A stretch of DNA of 64,000 bases, taken from positions 76,012,001 through 76,076,000 of the forward strand of contig NC_043001.1 in the NCBI RefSeq assembly GCF_006345805.1. The letters are read 5' to 3'. Of the stretch, positions 1 to 14,429 are shown in pieces (position 1 is the stretch's first letter; every line of letters begins with the position of its first letter). The notes beneath the pieces were generated by a model. It worked only from the letters and a program-made list of their open reading frames with translations, searched no databases and had not been told where the DNA came from. The position numbers were made by a program, and so were the translations under genes. The DNA is from Octopus sinensis (lineage: Eukaryota).

Positions 1-644
1 GTGACTAATACCACAAGCTGGTAGAGTAGGGAAGAAACCAGGACAGGTAGACATGTTGCGGGGCAACTGCAGAAAACTGTTGGGATTTTGTGGGGCGTTC
101 ACTCTCTCTGGGTTTGGAGTTACTAGCGCAGCACACACACACACACACACCACACACACACAAAACGGACTATAAATTCCATTACTGAAACTGCAGAGAC
201 GCCACTCGGTGGTTTTGGAAAAAGAGGGTAAACCAGATGACCGCTACTTCTGTGATGCAAGCAGGAATTTGATGAATCCCTGCTGGGTCAACTGGATGAG
301 ACGGTCTAATGTTGATACACCGCCAAGGCCCCATAATCATCTCTGATTATGTATCTGAGAGCATCCGTGAGGTGTACCTTGAAACCTTGAAACAAGGTTT
401 ATCAATCATTTACTGGTTAACTGGTTTCATGATTTTAGCGTTTGAGTGTATACAAGCTCGTATTCACAATACGAATTTTTTATACATTCGAACATTGCTT
501 TGGTGCATGACTGTGGTATGTACAGGAAGAATATTTAAGAAACATAAATCCTGGTACTCTTGCATAGCCATGACTATGATATCTAAAACATACCATAGGA
601 CTAAAGAAAATATAACACACACATGAATACTAAATATATAATTC

Positions 645-858
645 TTTTCTAAACTAAGCATAAGGCCCGAAGTTTTGGGTGATGAGGGTTAATCGATCAG
701 ATCGACCCCGTACGCAACTGATACTTAATTTATCGACCCCGTAAGGATGAAAGGCAAAGTCGACCTCGGCAGAATTTGAACTCAGAACGTAAAGACAGGC
801 GAAATACCGCTAAGCATTTCGCCCGGCGTGCTAACGTTTCTGCCAGCTCGCCGCCTTA
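645..858 (-). mobile_element. tRNA-derived SINE, family A
   Basis: Minus strand reads GGCGGCGAGCTGGCAGAAACGTTAGC...GAGTTCAAATT (A/B-box-like head), then GAGGTCGACTTTGCCTTTCATCC core; more than 10 related copies in the window. Confidence 0.85.
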
Positions 859-1012
859 TACATAATGTAGTGCGCTTGCGCGCGCGCACACACACACACA
901 CACACATACACATACACACACACACCACATATAGGCACACATGCTTGTATAAGAATGACTGAGAGAATAGTAGTCGTTTGTGTATTTGAATGTTTTCGTC
1001 TGTAAGTGTGGA

Positions 1013-1233
<221 letters not shown>

Positions 1234-1936
1234 CATCCGATTCACAGGCAACTGTACTATTTGAGTCAAGGCTGTTAAGTCATCCATCAGAAACACGTGT
1301 TGTTCGCTTCTATTGTTATTCTTTAGCTTTAATACATTTCTATGACCTAAACATAATTCCCTAACTTCTCCTCCTCCGCTTCCTCCCCATTTTCATCATC
1401 TCTATTCCACCCATCTTCTTCTCTTTAGAGCGTATCCGTTCCCTTGTTTTACGCCCCTTTACTCATATACCTGCATATTTCATACAAAAGCATATATTAC
1501 ATTGGTATGTGAAGACTAAAATTCCGTTAACGTCATATTATACCAATAAATGGATGGTTTTAGTACTTAACCATAAATCTTGAACAGAAGTCTGTTTGGA
1601 TTTTTAAAGCCTAAATAGATATTTATGCGTGTATTTTTGCGTGAGTAAGCGTGCTTCTGTGTTTGTGAGTGTGTGTATGTATGTGTGTGTGTGTGTGTGT
1701 ACATACACACATACCTAAGCACACATGCCCATGTGTATACGTTTCTATGTATTTATATGTGTATACGTATTGTATTTATATATATATATGTTTATAAATA
1801 TACATATATATATATGTGTGTGCGTGCGTGTCTGTTTGGCTATGTATACAGATATATGCATCTATATATATGTGTGTGTGTATATATATATATATACATA
1901 TATATATATGTAGACACACACACGCACACACGTACA

Positions 1937-1970
<34 letters not shown>

Positions 1971-2144
1971 GTATATATATGTATATATATATATTTGCAT
2001 AAAGAGGCTTATGTACATGAATAATTACGTCAAGACATATATTCAGAAATGTATAAAACATATGGTGACATATAATACAATACATATATAGTATATATAT
2101 CACCATGCACAAATGTATGTATGTACATATATATATCTTCATCT

Positions 2145-2232
2145 GTAAAATCTTTTATTTTCTCTCCTTGTTTCTTTCTGTGTTCCTTTCTCTGGAAGAG
2201 CGTAGGCTCGAAACGTTAAAGACTCTCCCTAT
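2145..2232 (+). mobile_element. PLE-type terminal (pseudo-LTR) fragment with degenerate minimal hammerhead at 2186-2221
   Basis: cttt-CTCTGGA-a-gagc-gtag-gctc-GAAAC-GTT-aaag; same family as 44340-44510. Confidence 0.55.
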
Positions 2233-2507
2233 ATATATATATATATATATATAATCACACTCACATACACAGACAAATTTATACACTTGAGTGTATAGCA
2301 AACACGTGCATATATATTGTAAAATGTATGGGTTGTACTGTACTGTGTTGTAACACATTTAAACGAGTTAATAGTTTATATTAGCACAGAAAAATACTTA
2401 GCAGAAAAGAAAACTTTTTACTTCATGATGCATGTCAACAAACCAAATGGTTTTACTTTGTTGACCGGTGTCTGACATGCAATAGTTTATGTCGGTTAAG
2501 ATTTTCA

Positions 2508-2550
<43 letters not shown>

Positions 2551-2554
2551 TATA

Positions 2555-2765
2555 AAGTTAATCCAAACATGAAAATACAAAGAGAAAACACAACAACGCG
2601 AGGACGTGGAACAAATATAGTATTATTGGACGCTCAGGAAAGAAGGGAAGAAAGAGGGTTTTACGTTTCGAGCGGAGCTCTTCGTTAGAAACATAGGAAA
2701 AGGAAAGATCCAGAGAAGGGAAGACGGAGGAAAAAAATCGCCAACGGTACTCACAAGTTGAATTT
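2555..2765 (-). mobile_element. PLE-type terminal fragment with minimal hammerhead-like motif at 2658-2692
   Basis: Minus strand gttt-CTAACGA-a-gagc-tcc-gctc-GAAAC-GTA-aaac in a pyrimidine-rich context. Confidence 0.55.
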
Positions 2766-2786
2766 AACATGCGATAGCGTCTCATC

Positions 2787-3337
2787 GAAAACCTTCCCCA
2801 AACCCGAGTTATAGTGACTGTTCGGTGGTGTACTGCTGGGCTTAAACAACTCTAACTTCTTAAAACCATTATTGCAGAATCATTGCCATGAAATTGCCAA
2901 AAATGAACGAAAAACTGCTACTCTTCCGTTCCAGACTAGTCATCAGGAAAGGACCAATCATTCTTCATGACTATACTCAACCACACGTTTCCCTAATGGC
3001 GCTCCAGAAGTTGAGGGAACTTGGCTACGAACTTCTTCCCAACCCAGCTTATCCACCAGACTTCTATCCTACCGACTACCACTTTTTCAAGCACCTTCAT
3101 GGTTTCCTGCGAGAGTAGTTCGAAATTCAAATCGATGCTGAAAGTGAGTTCAAAGAGTTCATCAGCTCCAGATCTCCAGACTTTTATGTTACCGGAATAA
3201 ACAAACTTGTGAATCGTTGGCAAAAACTGTGTTGATTGTAATGGTACATAGTTTGATGAATAAAATTTCCGCATTATTGAAATATATTGTGATGAATTTC
3301 AGGCTTTAAGACGTTGCTTACTTTTTACTCGGCCTGG
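2787..3337 (+). mobile_element. Mariner transposon, 3' half (decayed transposase plus right TIR)
   Basis: Translation ILHDYTQPHVSLMALQKLRELGYELLPNPAYPPDFYPTDYHFFKHL matches the mariner HDNARPH..YSPDL.P.D motif; ends in TIR-like acgttgcttactttttactcggcctgg followed by TA. Confidence 0.85.
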
Positions 3338-3387
3338 TATATTTGAACTGGTAACAAGTTTATGTACATGCATACACACACACACAC

Positions 3388-4002
<615 letters not shown>

Positions 4003-4300
4003 TCTTTATATATAAAAGTGAAGTTGTGTGTCTGTCTCCTACGATTTAGATTCCTAACTACTCCCACATTTTGCGGTGCAGTTTAACCAAAACCGGGTAT
4101 CTTATAGTCGTGATTCATATCGAGCCTTTCTGGGTATTAGCGCGCGTCTACGATGAGTCTACGATTTTTTAAATAATTTACCATCATTTTTTTTCCATTT
4201 TAATGCATTTTTTTGCTATTATATAAGGGACGTAACTCTCTAAAAATGCTTTATAGTTATTTCCCTTACAAACCCGAGCAACGCCGGGCGATACTGCTAG
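4003..4300 (+). mobile_element. Complete 298-bp non-autonomous Helitron
   Basis: 5' TC after A; 3' hairpin cccgagcaacgccggg (4273-4288) then CTAG followed by T (A/T target, no TSD). Confidence 0.85.
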
Positions 4301-4458
4301 TATATATATATATATATATATATATTTTTGCATATTCATACACAGATATATTCGTGTGTGTATGTTTCTGCGCTTTGTTATACTAAGAGAAAAAAGTGTA
4401 TTCAGAAAGCAATGCATTTGTTAAAGCTCCTTATTATATAACTTCGTGTAAATGGATG

Positions 4459-4514
<56 letters not shown>

Positions 4515-5689
4515 TACATATACATATACTACATGTCAAAATTTCGACAGAGTGGATGATTTTTAATACGACCAAAGTTTCTAAATGTTGGGTGATTCAG
4601 TTCTGTAGTTTCTTTATGAATAGCAGTCGATCTAGATTACTATATAAACATTTTCTTATGTAACCTCAGTGCACCGATAACTATTGGTGTGGAGTGGAAT
4701 GCCTAGTAAAGCTACAATAGCGATTGGTTACTGATGCTCTCCAATCTAAAAGATATTCTCATTAGCTGTGAAAAAGATGCCCTCCATCACCTCCATAATA
4801 GTTTCTTGACCCGGAGGACAATTTGGATTTTGTTATCTATGCACTTAGTAGATGTTTTCCTTGAAATAGTGTCTTAGTGCTAATTATGTTTTCAGTGGCC
4901 ATGTTTTATTTATAAGGGCGGTATTGTATATCACCTTTATCATAACGTTACATAAAGTTTTCTTTTATTGGAGTGAGGCTTTGGACTGTAGCCATGCTAG
5001 AACACCAACCTAAAGGGTATAGGTTGTTGGTACCTGTTTCATTTCATCTTTCTTGTAACAAAAGAAATATAAGGTAATTATTGACATAATGGAAGATAAC
5101 TTCATCGTACGTTAATACTGTAGTCTATTTCCAATTGAACGTACAAGGTTTTTTCCCATACAGCTCTGTATGTGTGTGTGGTGTGTGTGTGTGTGTGTGT
5201 GCTATCTTGGTTGTAACCCGTCAGAAGGTTACCATTGGTTTCACGTCTACTATTGCACTTGGCAATATAGGACATTCATCAGAACTGTTGGCCAGAATCA
5301 GATGGATTTTTTACTAATGGAGGTAAATATCCAATCTTGGTCGGTTTGGTGGTGAAAAACTGTATATTTACATCCGTTAGTAAATGTGCTTTTGGCCATA
5401 TGTTATGTTAAAGCAATTTCAACCCTCACCTCAAAATTACTGGCTTTATGCCAAAATTTCAAACAAATATTTTTATTAAATGAGCTCTTAAGTACGGAGA
5501 GCTCGGCTCAAGCTGTTAACTATCATCGAACTAGTTGACTGGGAACTAGTCAATCGTTGGAAGCAATCAATCACGTATGTTTTCAAGTCTTCATACAGGA
5601 AGCTATAGTTATTATATTTACACTCTGCACAGTTTTGAGACCTTTAAACCAAAGCAGGATAATCATGCGTATTGAAACATTTATTTTTA

Positions 5690-5872
5690 CAGTGGAGATT
5701 GTTTAGAAAGTGCTGTCTTGAATACAAGGACTCACAGGGCCAGTTATCTGGTTTCCATGGAGTATAAATGAAGAGGTCACAAGTTCTCACCTGGATGGGA
5801 CGCCAGTCCGTCGTAGCATAACTACAGCTGAGTGGACGATTATCAGCCATACACTCTAACCATCGCCTCCAC
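5690..5872 (-). mobile_element. SINE family C, internally deleted
   Basis: Contains cagctgagtgga and gggacgccagtcc motifs shared with other C copies. Confidence 0.55.
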
Positions 5873-5977
5873 ACTCATTCTTCTTATTTCATTGTTCAGT
5901 TGTTTTGTATTCATAATTTTATTTGAGATTTCTCTCCGACACACATTTATTTTTATTATTCACTTATCAAGCTGGCC

Positions 5978-6472
5978 GTGGAGGCGCGTGGCTTAGCAGT
6001 TAGGGTGTCAGCATCATGATGGTAAGATCGTGGTTTCGATTCCTAAACCGGGCGACGCGTTGCGTTCTTGAGCAAAAACACCTCATTTCACGTTGCTCCA
6101 GTCCACTCAGCTGGCAAAAATGAGTAAAGCTGCGATGGACTGCGTCCCGTCCAGCCATTGAAATCGGCAAACCGGGCCCATGAGCCTGGCTAAGCTTTAA
6201 AGGGGCGCATTTATTTGGTGGAGGCACGTGGCTTAGTGGTTATGGTGTCAGCACCATAATCGTAAGATTGTGGTTTCCATTCCTGGCCGGGTGACGCGTT
6301 GTGTTCTTGAGCAAAACACTTCATTTCACGTTGCTCCAGTTCACTCAGCTGCAAAAATTAGTAACGCTGCGATGAACTGGCGCCTCGTCCAGCTGGGAAA
6401 CACATACGCCATTGAAACCGGGAAACCGGGCCCATGAGCCTGGCTAGGCTTTAAAAGGGCGCATTTATTATT
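5978..6472 (+). mobile_element. Head-to-tail dimer of tRNA-derived SINE family C
   Basis: Two about 240-bp units each starting GTGGAGGC(G/A)CGTGGCTTAG; flanked by ttatcaagctg(g/a)cc at 5964-5977 and 6473-6486. Confidence 0.85.
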
Positions 6473-6559
6473 TTATCAAGCTGACCAGATGAATTTGTTG
6501 GTAGTGATCAAATGTCTGCGCAGTACATTAGTTCACTCCCTCTATCAAATCGACATTGG

Positions 6560-6727
6560 ACCGTACAGGTGCTTGGTGTACCACAAGTCAGATATCAAAG
6601 TGATCGCAGCGTAATGTGAAATGAAGTGGTTTTCCTCAAGAATACAATGCACCACCCGGTCCGGGAATCGAGACTGCAATATTGCAATCGTGAGTACAAC
6701 ACCCGAAGCACTAGGCCACGTGCCTTA
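6560..6727 (-). mobile_element. SINE family C
   Basis: Reverse complement of the family C head and core. Confidence 0.65.
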
Positions 6728-7212
6728 ACGTTTATCATTAAAAGAAAAAAAATACTGATTGAATACATGCGATTCAAAACCAAATAGCCGTGCTTTTTGT
6801 GCCTCATCAGGCATTCTGTATGCCAATTATAAACAGGAGCTTGCTCTCTGATTCAGGCGTAAATCCTTATATGCTGTTACATAGAATACAGCGAGGATTT
6901 ACCAAACATCGAGGTTAATTATAGCGTGAAGAGTTTGTTGATAAAAGGTTTTACTACTAATTTGAGCATGTCGATCGTCTGTGTGGGAGCCCCCTCCTTT
7001 TACTTTTGTTACGGTATTATGTATTACATGAAATTAATTGCTTGTATTTATTTTTTGGTCAGTTCCAATTTCATTTTGGGGTTCTATTTTTTCTTTTGCC
7101 CTCAGTATAACTCCGTCTCCCTCTCTCTCCCTCTCTCTTATTCTCTCGGTCTCTTTCACACACACACATGCTCACACAAACTCATACACATACAAACACA
7201 AGCACAAAGACA

Positions 7213-7253
<41 letters not shown>

Positions 7254-7266
7254 TATATAGATAGGG

Positions 7267-7358
<92 letters not shown>

Positions 7359-7366
7359 ATGTATAT

Positions 7367-7527
7367 AGGCGTGGGTGTGTGGTAAGAAGCTTGCTTCCCA
7401 ACCACATGAGTCCGGGGGTCTTTTCCCACTGCGTGGCACCTCGGGCAAGTGTCTTTTACTGTAGCCTCGGGCCGACAAAAGCCTTGTGAGTGAATTTGAT
7501 AGGCGGAAACTGAAAGAAGCCCGTTCT
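7367..7527 (+). mobile_element. SINE family B, head and core
   Basis: GTGTGGTAAGAAGCTTGCTTCCCAACCACATG...GGCACCTCGGGCAAGTGTC...GGAAACTGAAAGAAGCCCGT; recurs more than 10 times. Confidence 0.8.
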
Positions 7528-7605
7528 ATATATATGTGTGTGTTGTGTGTTTGTGTGTGTGTACATATATGTATGTACATACACATATACATACATATAT
7601 ATATG

Positions 7606-7663
<58 letters not shown>

Positions 7664-8394
7664 TGTATGTATGCATATATACACACACACATATTCGCAT
7701 ACATATTACTCATTCACATACACCACGGCATACCCATCACTCGCAGACAAATATAACTTACTGACATGTACCATGCTTTCGCTAATTATTTTTGCGTCTA
7801 TGTAGCCGCCAACAGATACAGACATCCTCTCAACCATCCCTCCTCCCTTTGACCCAGCAGCACCTCTTGAGCGAGTCACCATGAGACGGAGAGAGTGTGA
7901 CAGAGAGAGGGAGAGAGAGAGAGAGACTGAGAAAGAGCTGTACAATCACTCGACTGGTACCCATTTGTAACTGAGTAAACTGGATCAACCTGAATTAAAG
8001 CGCTTTGTTCAATGATAAAACGCGCTCCTTGATCACAAAATTCAACTCAAAACTTTTGATGTATGTATTTATGTATGTATGTATTTATGTATGTATGTAT
8101 GTATGTATGTATGTATGTATGTATGTCATTATCCAGTTTTATTTCATTGTTTCTTGCCAACAGCGAAAGAAGTTTTGTAATCGTATTCATATAATCGAAA
8201 GGAATATGATTCATAATTTAAATAAGAACATTTGTGAACTTTGAATGTATAAGCGTATAAACAAGCGTAAAATAGTGTAAACAACTAAAATAAAAGTATG
8301 TCTTACATTTTTTTCTTAATACTTTTTTATGTAGTGGTCGGACGAAACTCTGGCTTTCGTTAGAAGTGATCCACATAACCATTCATGATACAGA

Positions 8395-9268
<874 letters not shown>

Positions 9269-9649
9269 TAAAAAAAATAGAGTATATGTGAATTGCGGGT
9301 TAAAAGAACGTACTCTGTTAGTTTGGTTTATAATACTGCGAAGCCTTTTATCCGACGCGAGACATTCTGTTCACCGTTTTTTGGCATACGTCAAAAATGT
9401 TTCATAGTTCTTCTCAACGTGAAATAATGGTTAAAATATTTAAAATAAAAATTGTTGTATACTCATGCTTTTTCTACAAATGAAAAGTAACCGTTTAATC
9501 TATACGAAAGTACTAATGTCATGTGTGTATGTGCGAGCGTGCGTGCGTGCGTGCGTGCATCTGTGTGTGCGTGTGTGCGTGTGTGTGTGTGTGTGTGTGT
9601 GGTGTGTGTGTGTGTGTGTGTGCGTGTGTGTGTGTGTATGGTGTTTGTG

Positions 9650-9875
9650 TGTTTGCATTTGTGTCTGCCTTTGTCCCCTCCCCACTGCTTGACAACCGGT
9701 ATCGGTTTTTTTGTCTCAGTAACAGCGGTTCGGCAAAACAGACCGATAGTATAAGAACAAAACTTAAAATTTAAAAAAAGTAAGTACTTGGGTCGATTTG
9801 TGCAAGTAAATCCTTTAAGTTGGTGCTCCAGCATGGCCGCAGTCCAGTGACTGAAAAGAGTAACAGATAACATAG
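9650..9875 (+). mobile_element. SINE family B, 3' tail
   Basis: cttgacaaccgg..cggttcggcaaaa..ggtgctccagcatggccgcagtc..tgactgaaa, shared by full B copies. Confidence 0.75.
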
Positions 9876-10596
9876 TAAAGATATTCTGACATGCATATTT
9901 CTCCAGAGGTGTAGACATTGGTATTTATTGAAACAAGAAACACAAAGAGCCGTATGAAAACAACTCTATAGAGATTCAGACTAAACGAATTCAGATCTCT
10001 GTCCAATTTTACAACAAGCATTGCTTGATAACATTTCTTTTAATAAAGGTGTCGGATTTATTATATCGGTTAGTTTAAGTTCAAACAGTTAATTCTTACA
10101 GTATTTGGGATATAAGATTGCATATCCTGACAGAAGTTAACAGAAATAGTCGTAAAAATGTGATAAAATCGTAGCAGCTATCAACAACATAACTGATAAG
10201 CGTTCGACGTGATAAATATATTAGAAGTAGGCTGTCCAAAGTAGTTCTTGTAGAGCCCCAGGGATGAAGTAACTGTGTTGAGAGTAAAACGATAGCTATG
10301 AGTGAATAGAGGGGGTCGAAAAATTGTAAATGGTCTAAAATTTTCAAGCGAGGAAAATTTCAATTTTAGATATATAAAATATAAAATGTTTTTCTTATGT
10401 AATCCGTTATTTTGTGTGATGAGTGAAATCTATTAAAGCGAGAGGAGCTAGCTGCTCAGTATCATGAATGTATAGTTGTAGAAGAGAATGTTTCAATAAT
10501 TCAACAGCATATCTGTCAATCTCTCTATCTATCTGTTTCTCTCTCTCTCTCTCTCATTATATATATATATATAGGTTTTTCTACCTATTATATATG

Positions 10597-10660
<64 letters not shown>

Positions 10661-11053
10661 TATTATTATCATCATTATTATTATTATTATTATTACTATT
10701 ATTATTTGCAAGTTATTTAATCATTGACATTTTATTGTTATTTTAATTTTAATTTTTCTATTATATGTAATTTTCTAGATGGTGTAATTTAATTGTTCAT
10801 TTTTAATTGATAAAAGGTGTTTTTTTTCTAATTTTTTATATATATACATATATGTATAAACTTATATACTTACATATGTACATACACACACATGCATACA
10901 CATATATGTTGTTGTTATTGTTGTTGTTTGTTTCTTCTCGAGCTATGCCTTGTTCATAAGGGCCGCTTTCCCGGTTTCATTGGCGAATAGGTCCCCACCT
11001 GGACGGGACTCTGGTCCGTCGCAAGTGCGTGCGTGCGTGCATCTGTGTGTGCG

Positions 11054-11094
<41 letters not shown>

Positions 11095-11173
11095 GTGTGT
11101 ACAAGAATAGTGTTGAGAGTGACTTTCAATTTTCGGCTAGCGTAACCTACCTTGACATAAAAAGACTATAATA

Positions 11174-11223
<50 letters not shown>

Positions 11224-11229
11224 CTGTAA

Positions 11230-11852
11230 GATCCAAGGATGGAGGTGTAGGAAGAAAGTTAGCTTTAAGCAATCCGCAGTAAATATAAAAGCAACTTTCA
11301 GGAACAATAGTGGTTTATTGAGGCGGTAAGTTGTTGATTTTTTTCGTATCGAAGTACGATAAGCTAAAACTTTTTAAACATATATATTTCACGGTAGGCA
11401 GCCAGGGTTGCTGGATATGCGAATAAGAATATAAGAGTTAAGGAATGGAGCAAATAAGAGTTACATATGTTTCATAGCGAGCGGAGCCTCGGAAGTGGTA
11501 AATACCCAAGCGAAGTATATACAACAGGTTACTCTTCAGGCCAAGGGTATCTTGAATAAATGAAGTTTACATTGTCGTAAGGAGGTACATGTTAACACAT
11601 GGATGATTTGATAAGGAGTGTGTAGAGAGCACAGTAAGAGTGTAGAATATAAATGTGGAGAGAAATTAGAAATATAGGAATATGTAAAACGAATAAAAAT
11701 ATAAGCGAGTGAGAGAGTTAAGGTATTTAAGCAAGGTCATTTGACAGATAGTTTTCAATAGGCCTATTTTGGTCGAGTCATGGAGATTTGCAAAGGGAGT
11801 GATATTTGGAAAAAAAGATAATGTGGAGGGAAGAGGGTGAGGAAGCACTTGT

Positions 11853-11860
<8 letters not shown>
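11230..11860 (-). mobile_element. Probable PLE 3' end with long-loop hammerhead-like motif at 11458-11543
   Basis: Minus strand CTGAAGA...GAAAC-ATAT-GTA; upstream reading STKIGLLKTICQMTLLKYLNS loosely resembles a PLE ORF end. Confidence 0.4.
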
Positions 11861-11902
<42 letters not shown>

Positions 11903-11907
11903 ACGAA

Positions 11908-12115
11908 GATGCGTGGCTTGATAAATAAGGTCTTGCGCTCACGATCGGTAGATCGCGATTGCGATTCCCGGACCAAGTAGTGCATTGTGCAAAATACTTC
12001 CTTTTACATCGTTCCAGTCCACTCAGCTGTTAAGGTGTAAACCTGCGACGGGCCCGGAAGCACTAGGTTCGATGTAATCGATCGGACTTGTTGGCCTTGT
12101 GCTAAAATATGAAGC
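11908..12115 (+). mobile_element. Degenerate SINE (C head with A-like tail)
   Basis: ccagtccactcagctg core followed by gtcgatgtaatcga tail motif. Confidence 0.55.
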
Positions 12116-12168
12116 CAAAATTATATATGCGCATGTATGTGTGTATGTGCGTAGTGCGTGCAATCTAC

Positions 12169-12211
<43 letters not shown>

Positions 12212-12274
12212 CTATCTATCTATCTATCTATCTATCATCTATCTATCTATCTATCTATCTATCTATATATATAT

Positions 12275-12320
<46 letters not shown>

Positions 12321-12323
<3 letters not shown>

Positions 12324-13926
12324 TTGCGGTCAAAATGTTCAGAACGGCATTGTTTTCGGCAGAAAAGTAGGTGTAATTTTTTATCAAATTTGTTTTATAT
12401 TCTATAATTTTCACAGACAATAAATACAATACTATTTGTTATTGTCTGAGATTTTGGTGTAATTTGAGAGGATATTACAAAAGTCATGGATGATTTAGTG
12501 ATTTACTGCAAAACCCATGCCGGCCAAAATGATCAGAACAGTTGCTTTTACTCCGTGTTTTAGTATATTGAACCGGCGAACTCTAATGTTTTGAATTTGT
12601 TTACTTGACAGTTCGTTTACTAAACATTAGTAAGAATATCTGTAGTGTAATTTGTTTATATAATGCCACTTACTCCGTTACCAATTCGTCAGCAGATTAT
12701 TAAGCTTCGAAAGAAGGATAATTTAAGTATTGGGTCTATTGCAAAGTGTTGTTCATGGTATTCTTAAGGTCTACGATGATTGTGGTTCGTGTGAAGCAAG
12801 AAAGTCTACAGGTAGGCCAAGAAAAACGACCAAGAGAGAAGATCGTGCTATGGTAAAGTTGGTTTAAAAGGACAGATTTAAAACTGCTGCTGCTGTTTCT
12901 CGGGAAATGAGCATTGTACTGAAGAAAACTTCATCTCGAAAAACTGTCTCGTCCTTTAGTTGAACATGACCTACAAGCAAGAGTACCTGCAGTGAAGCCA
13001 CTGATCAACTCCAAGAATAAAAAGTGTCGTCTTACCTTTGCAACCGAACATGTGTTGTGGTCTCAAGAAAAATGGCAAACGGTGCATTTCAGTGATGAAT
13101 CTAAGTCTATGCTATTTGGCTCAGATGGGAAAAGGTACGTTCGTCGAAAAGTAGGTGAAAATTGTCGACTAAATGCCTTAAGACTAGTGTTAAATTCAGT
13201 GGAGGAAGTGTCATGGTTTGGAGGATGATATCTGGAGATGGTGTGGGTCCTTTGGTGCGATTACATGGAAAGCAAAATGCAGGAGTTTATAAACAACTTG
13301 TAAAAGATCATGTCTTGCCTGTGCTGAGAAATTAAATTAAGCGACCACCCATATTCATGCAGGACAATGCCCCATGTCACAAGGCTAAAGTGGTCATGAA
13401 CTTCCTCAAGGCTGAAAAGGTTATTGTTATGGATTGGCCTGCTCAAAGCCCAGATCTCAATCCTATTGAAAATGTGTGGAATATTCTAGGAGAACGTTCG
13501 AAAGCCAGAAATCCTAAAACAACCGAGCAATTATGGAATGCCCATCAGGAAGAAAATTGAATAAGATCACCCAGCAAGAAATTGAAAATTTAGTTTCCTC
13601 ATGCAGTCGAAGATGTCAAAGTGTGATTGAAGCTAAAGGGCTTCACGCTAAATATTAAATAATTCAGTATTCTCTGTCATTTTTGATTATTTTGTTATTT
13701 TTTCAACCGTTTTGATCATTTTGGCCGGCATGGGTTTTGCAGTAAATCACTAAATCATCTATAACTTTTGTATTATCCTCTCAAATTCACCAGAATCTCA
13801 GACAATAACAAATAATATCGTATTTATTGTCTGTGAAAATTATAGAATATAAGACAACTTTGATAAAAAAAAATTATACCTACTTTTCTGCCGAAAACAA
13901 TGCCGTTCTGAACATTTTGGCCGCAA

Positions 13927-13929
<3 letters not shown>
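12321..13929 (+). mobile_element. Full-length Tc1-family transposon (DD34E), IR/DR type, transposase disrupted
   Basis: About 225-bp TIRs (12321-12544 and 13704-13929) starting CAGTTGCGG, TA on both sides. Transposase about 12663-13658 with FSDES, QDNAPCH, SPDLNPIEN and 34 residues between D and E; stops and frameshifts present. Confidence 0.95.
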
Positions 13930-14008
<79 letters not shown>

Positions 14009-14429
14009 TATATATACGCACTCGTTTGAAAGCACAGAAATAAACAAAATCAATATCAGCGGTTTTGAGAACACTCTAATTATGTATATATGCGTAAGTA
14101 TTACATTGTCAAGAACTTAACTTATTTTCAGTTAATTACCTACCTTCACAGAAATGGTTTCGGTTTTGCCTAAAAAGAGTTTATGTCATTATGTGTTGTT
14201 TATTGGACAAAAGTCGGCAAATTGTACATTAAGTATGTGTTATAATATAATGGAACTGTGTTTATATATTCATATAAGTTAAGTTTTATTACGACAAAAT
14301 TGAAGTGATCAGTTTATGTATTTCTACATTCATATGACAGAATTTTGGTTTTATATTATAGATCGTTCATTTTGATGTATGTCAGCTCTAGATGCTAAAA
14401 TATGTCGACAAAATTTACAGGACTATCCA

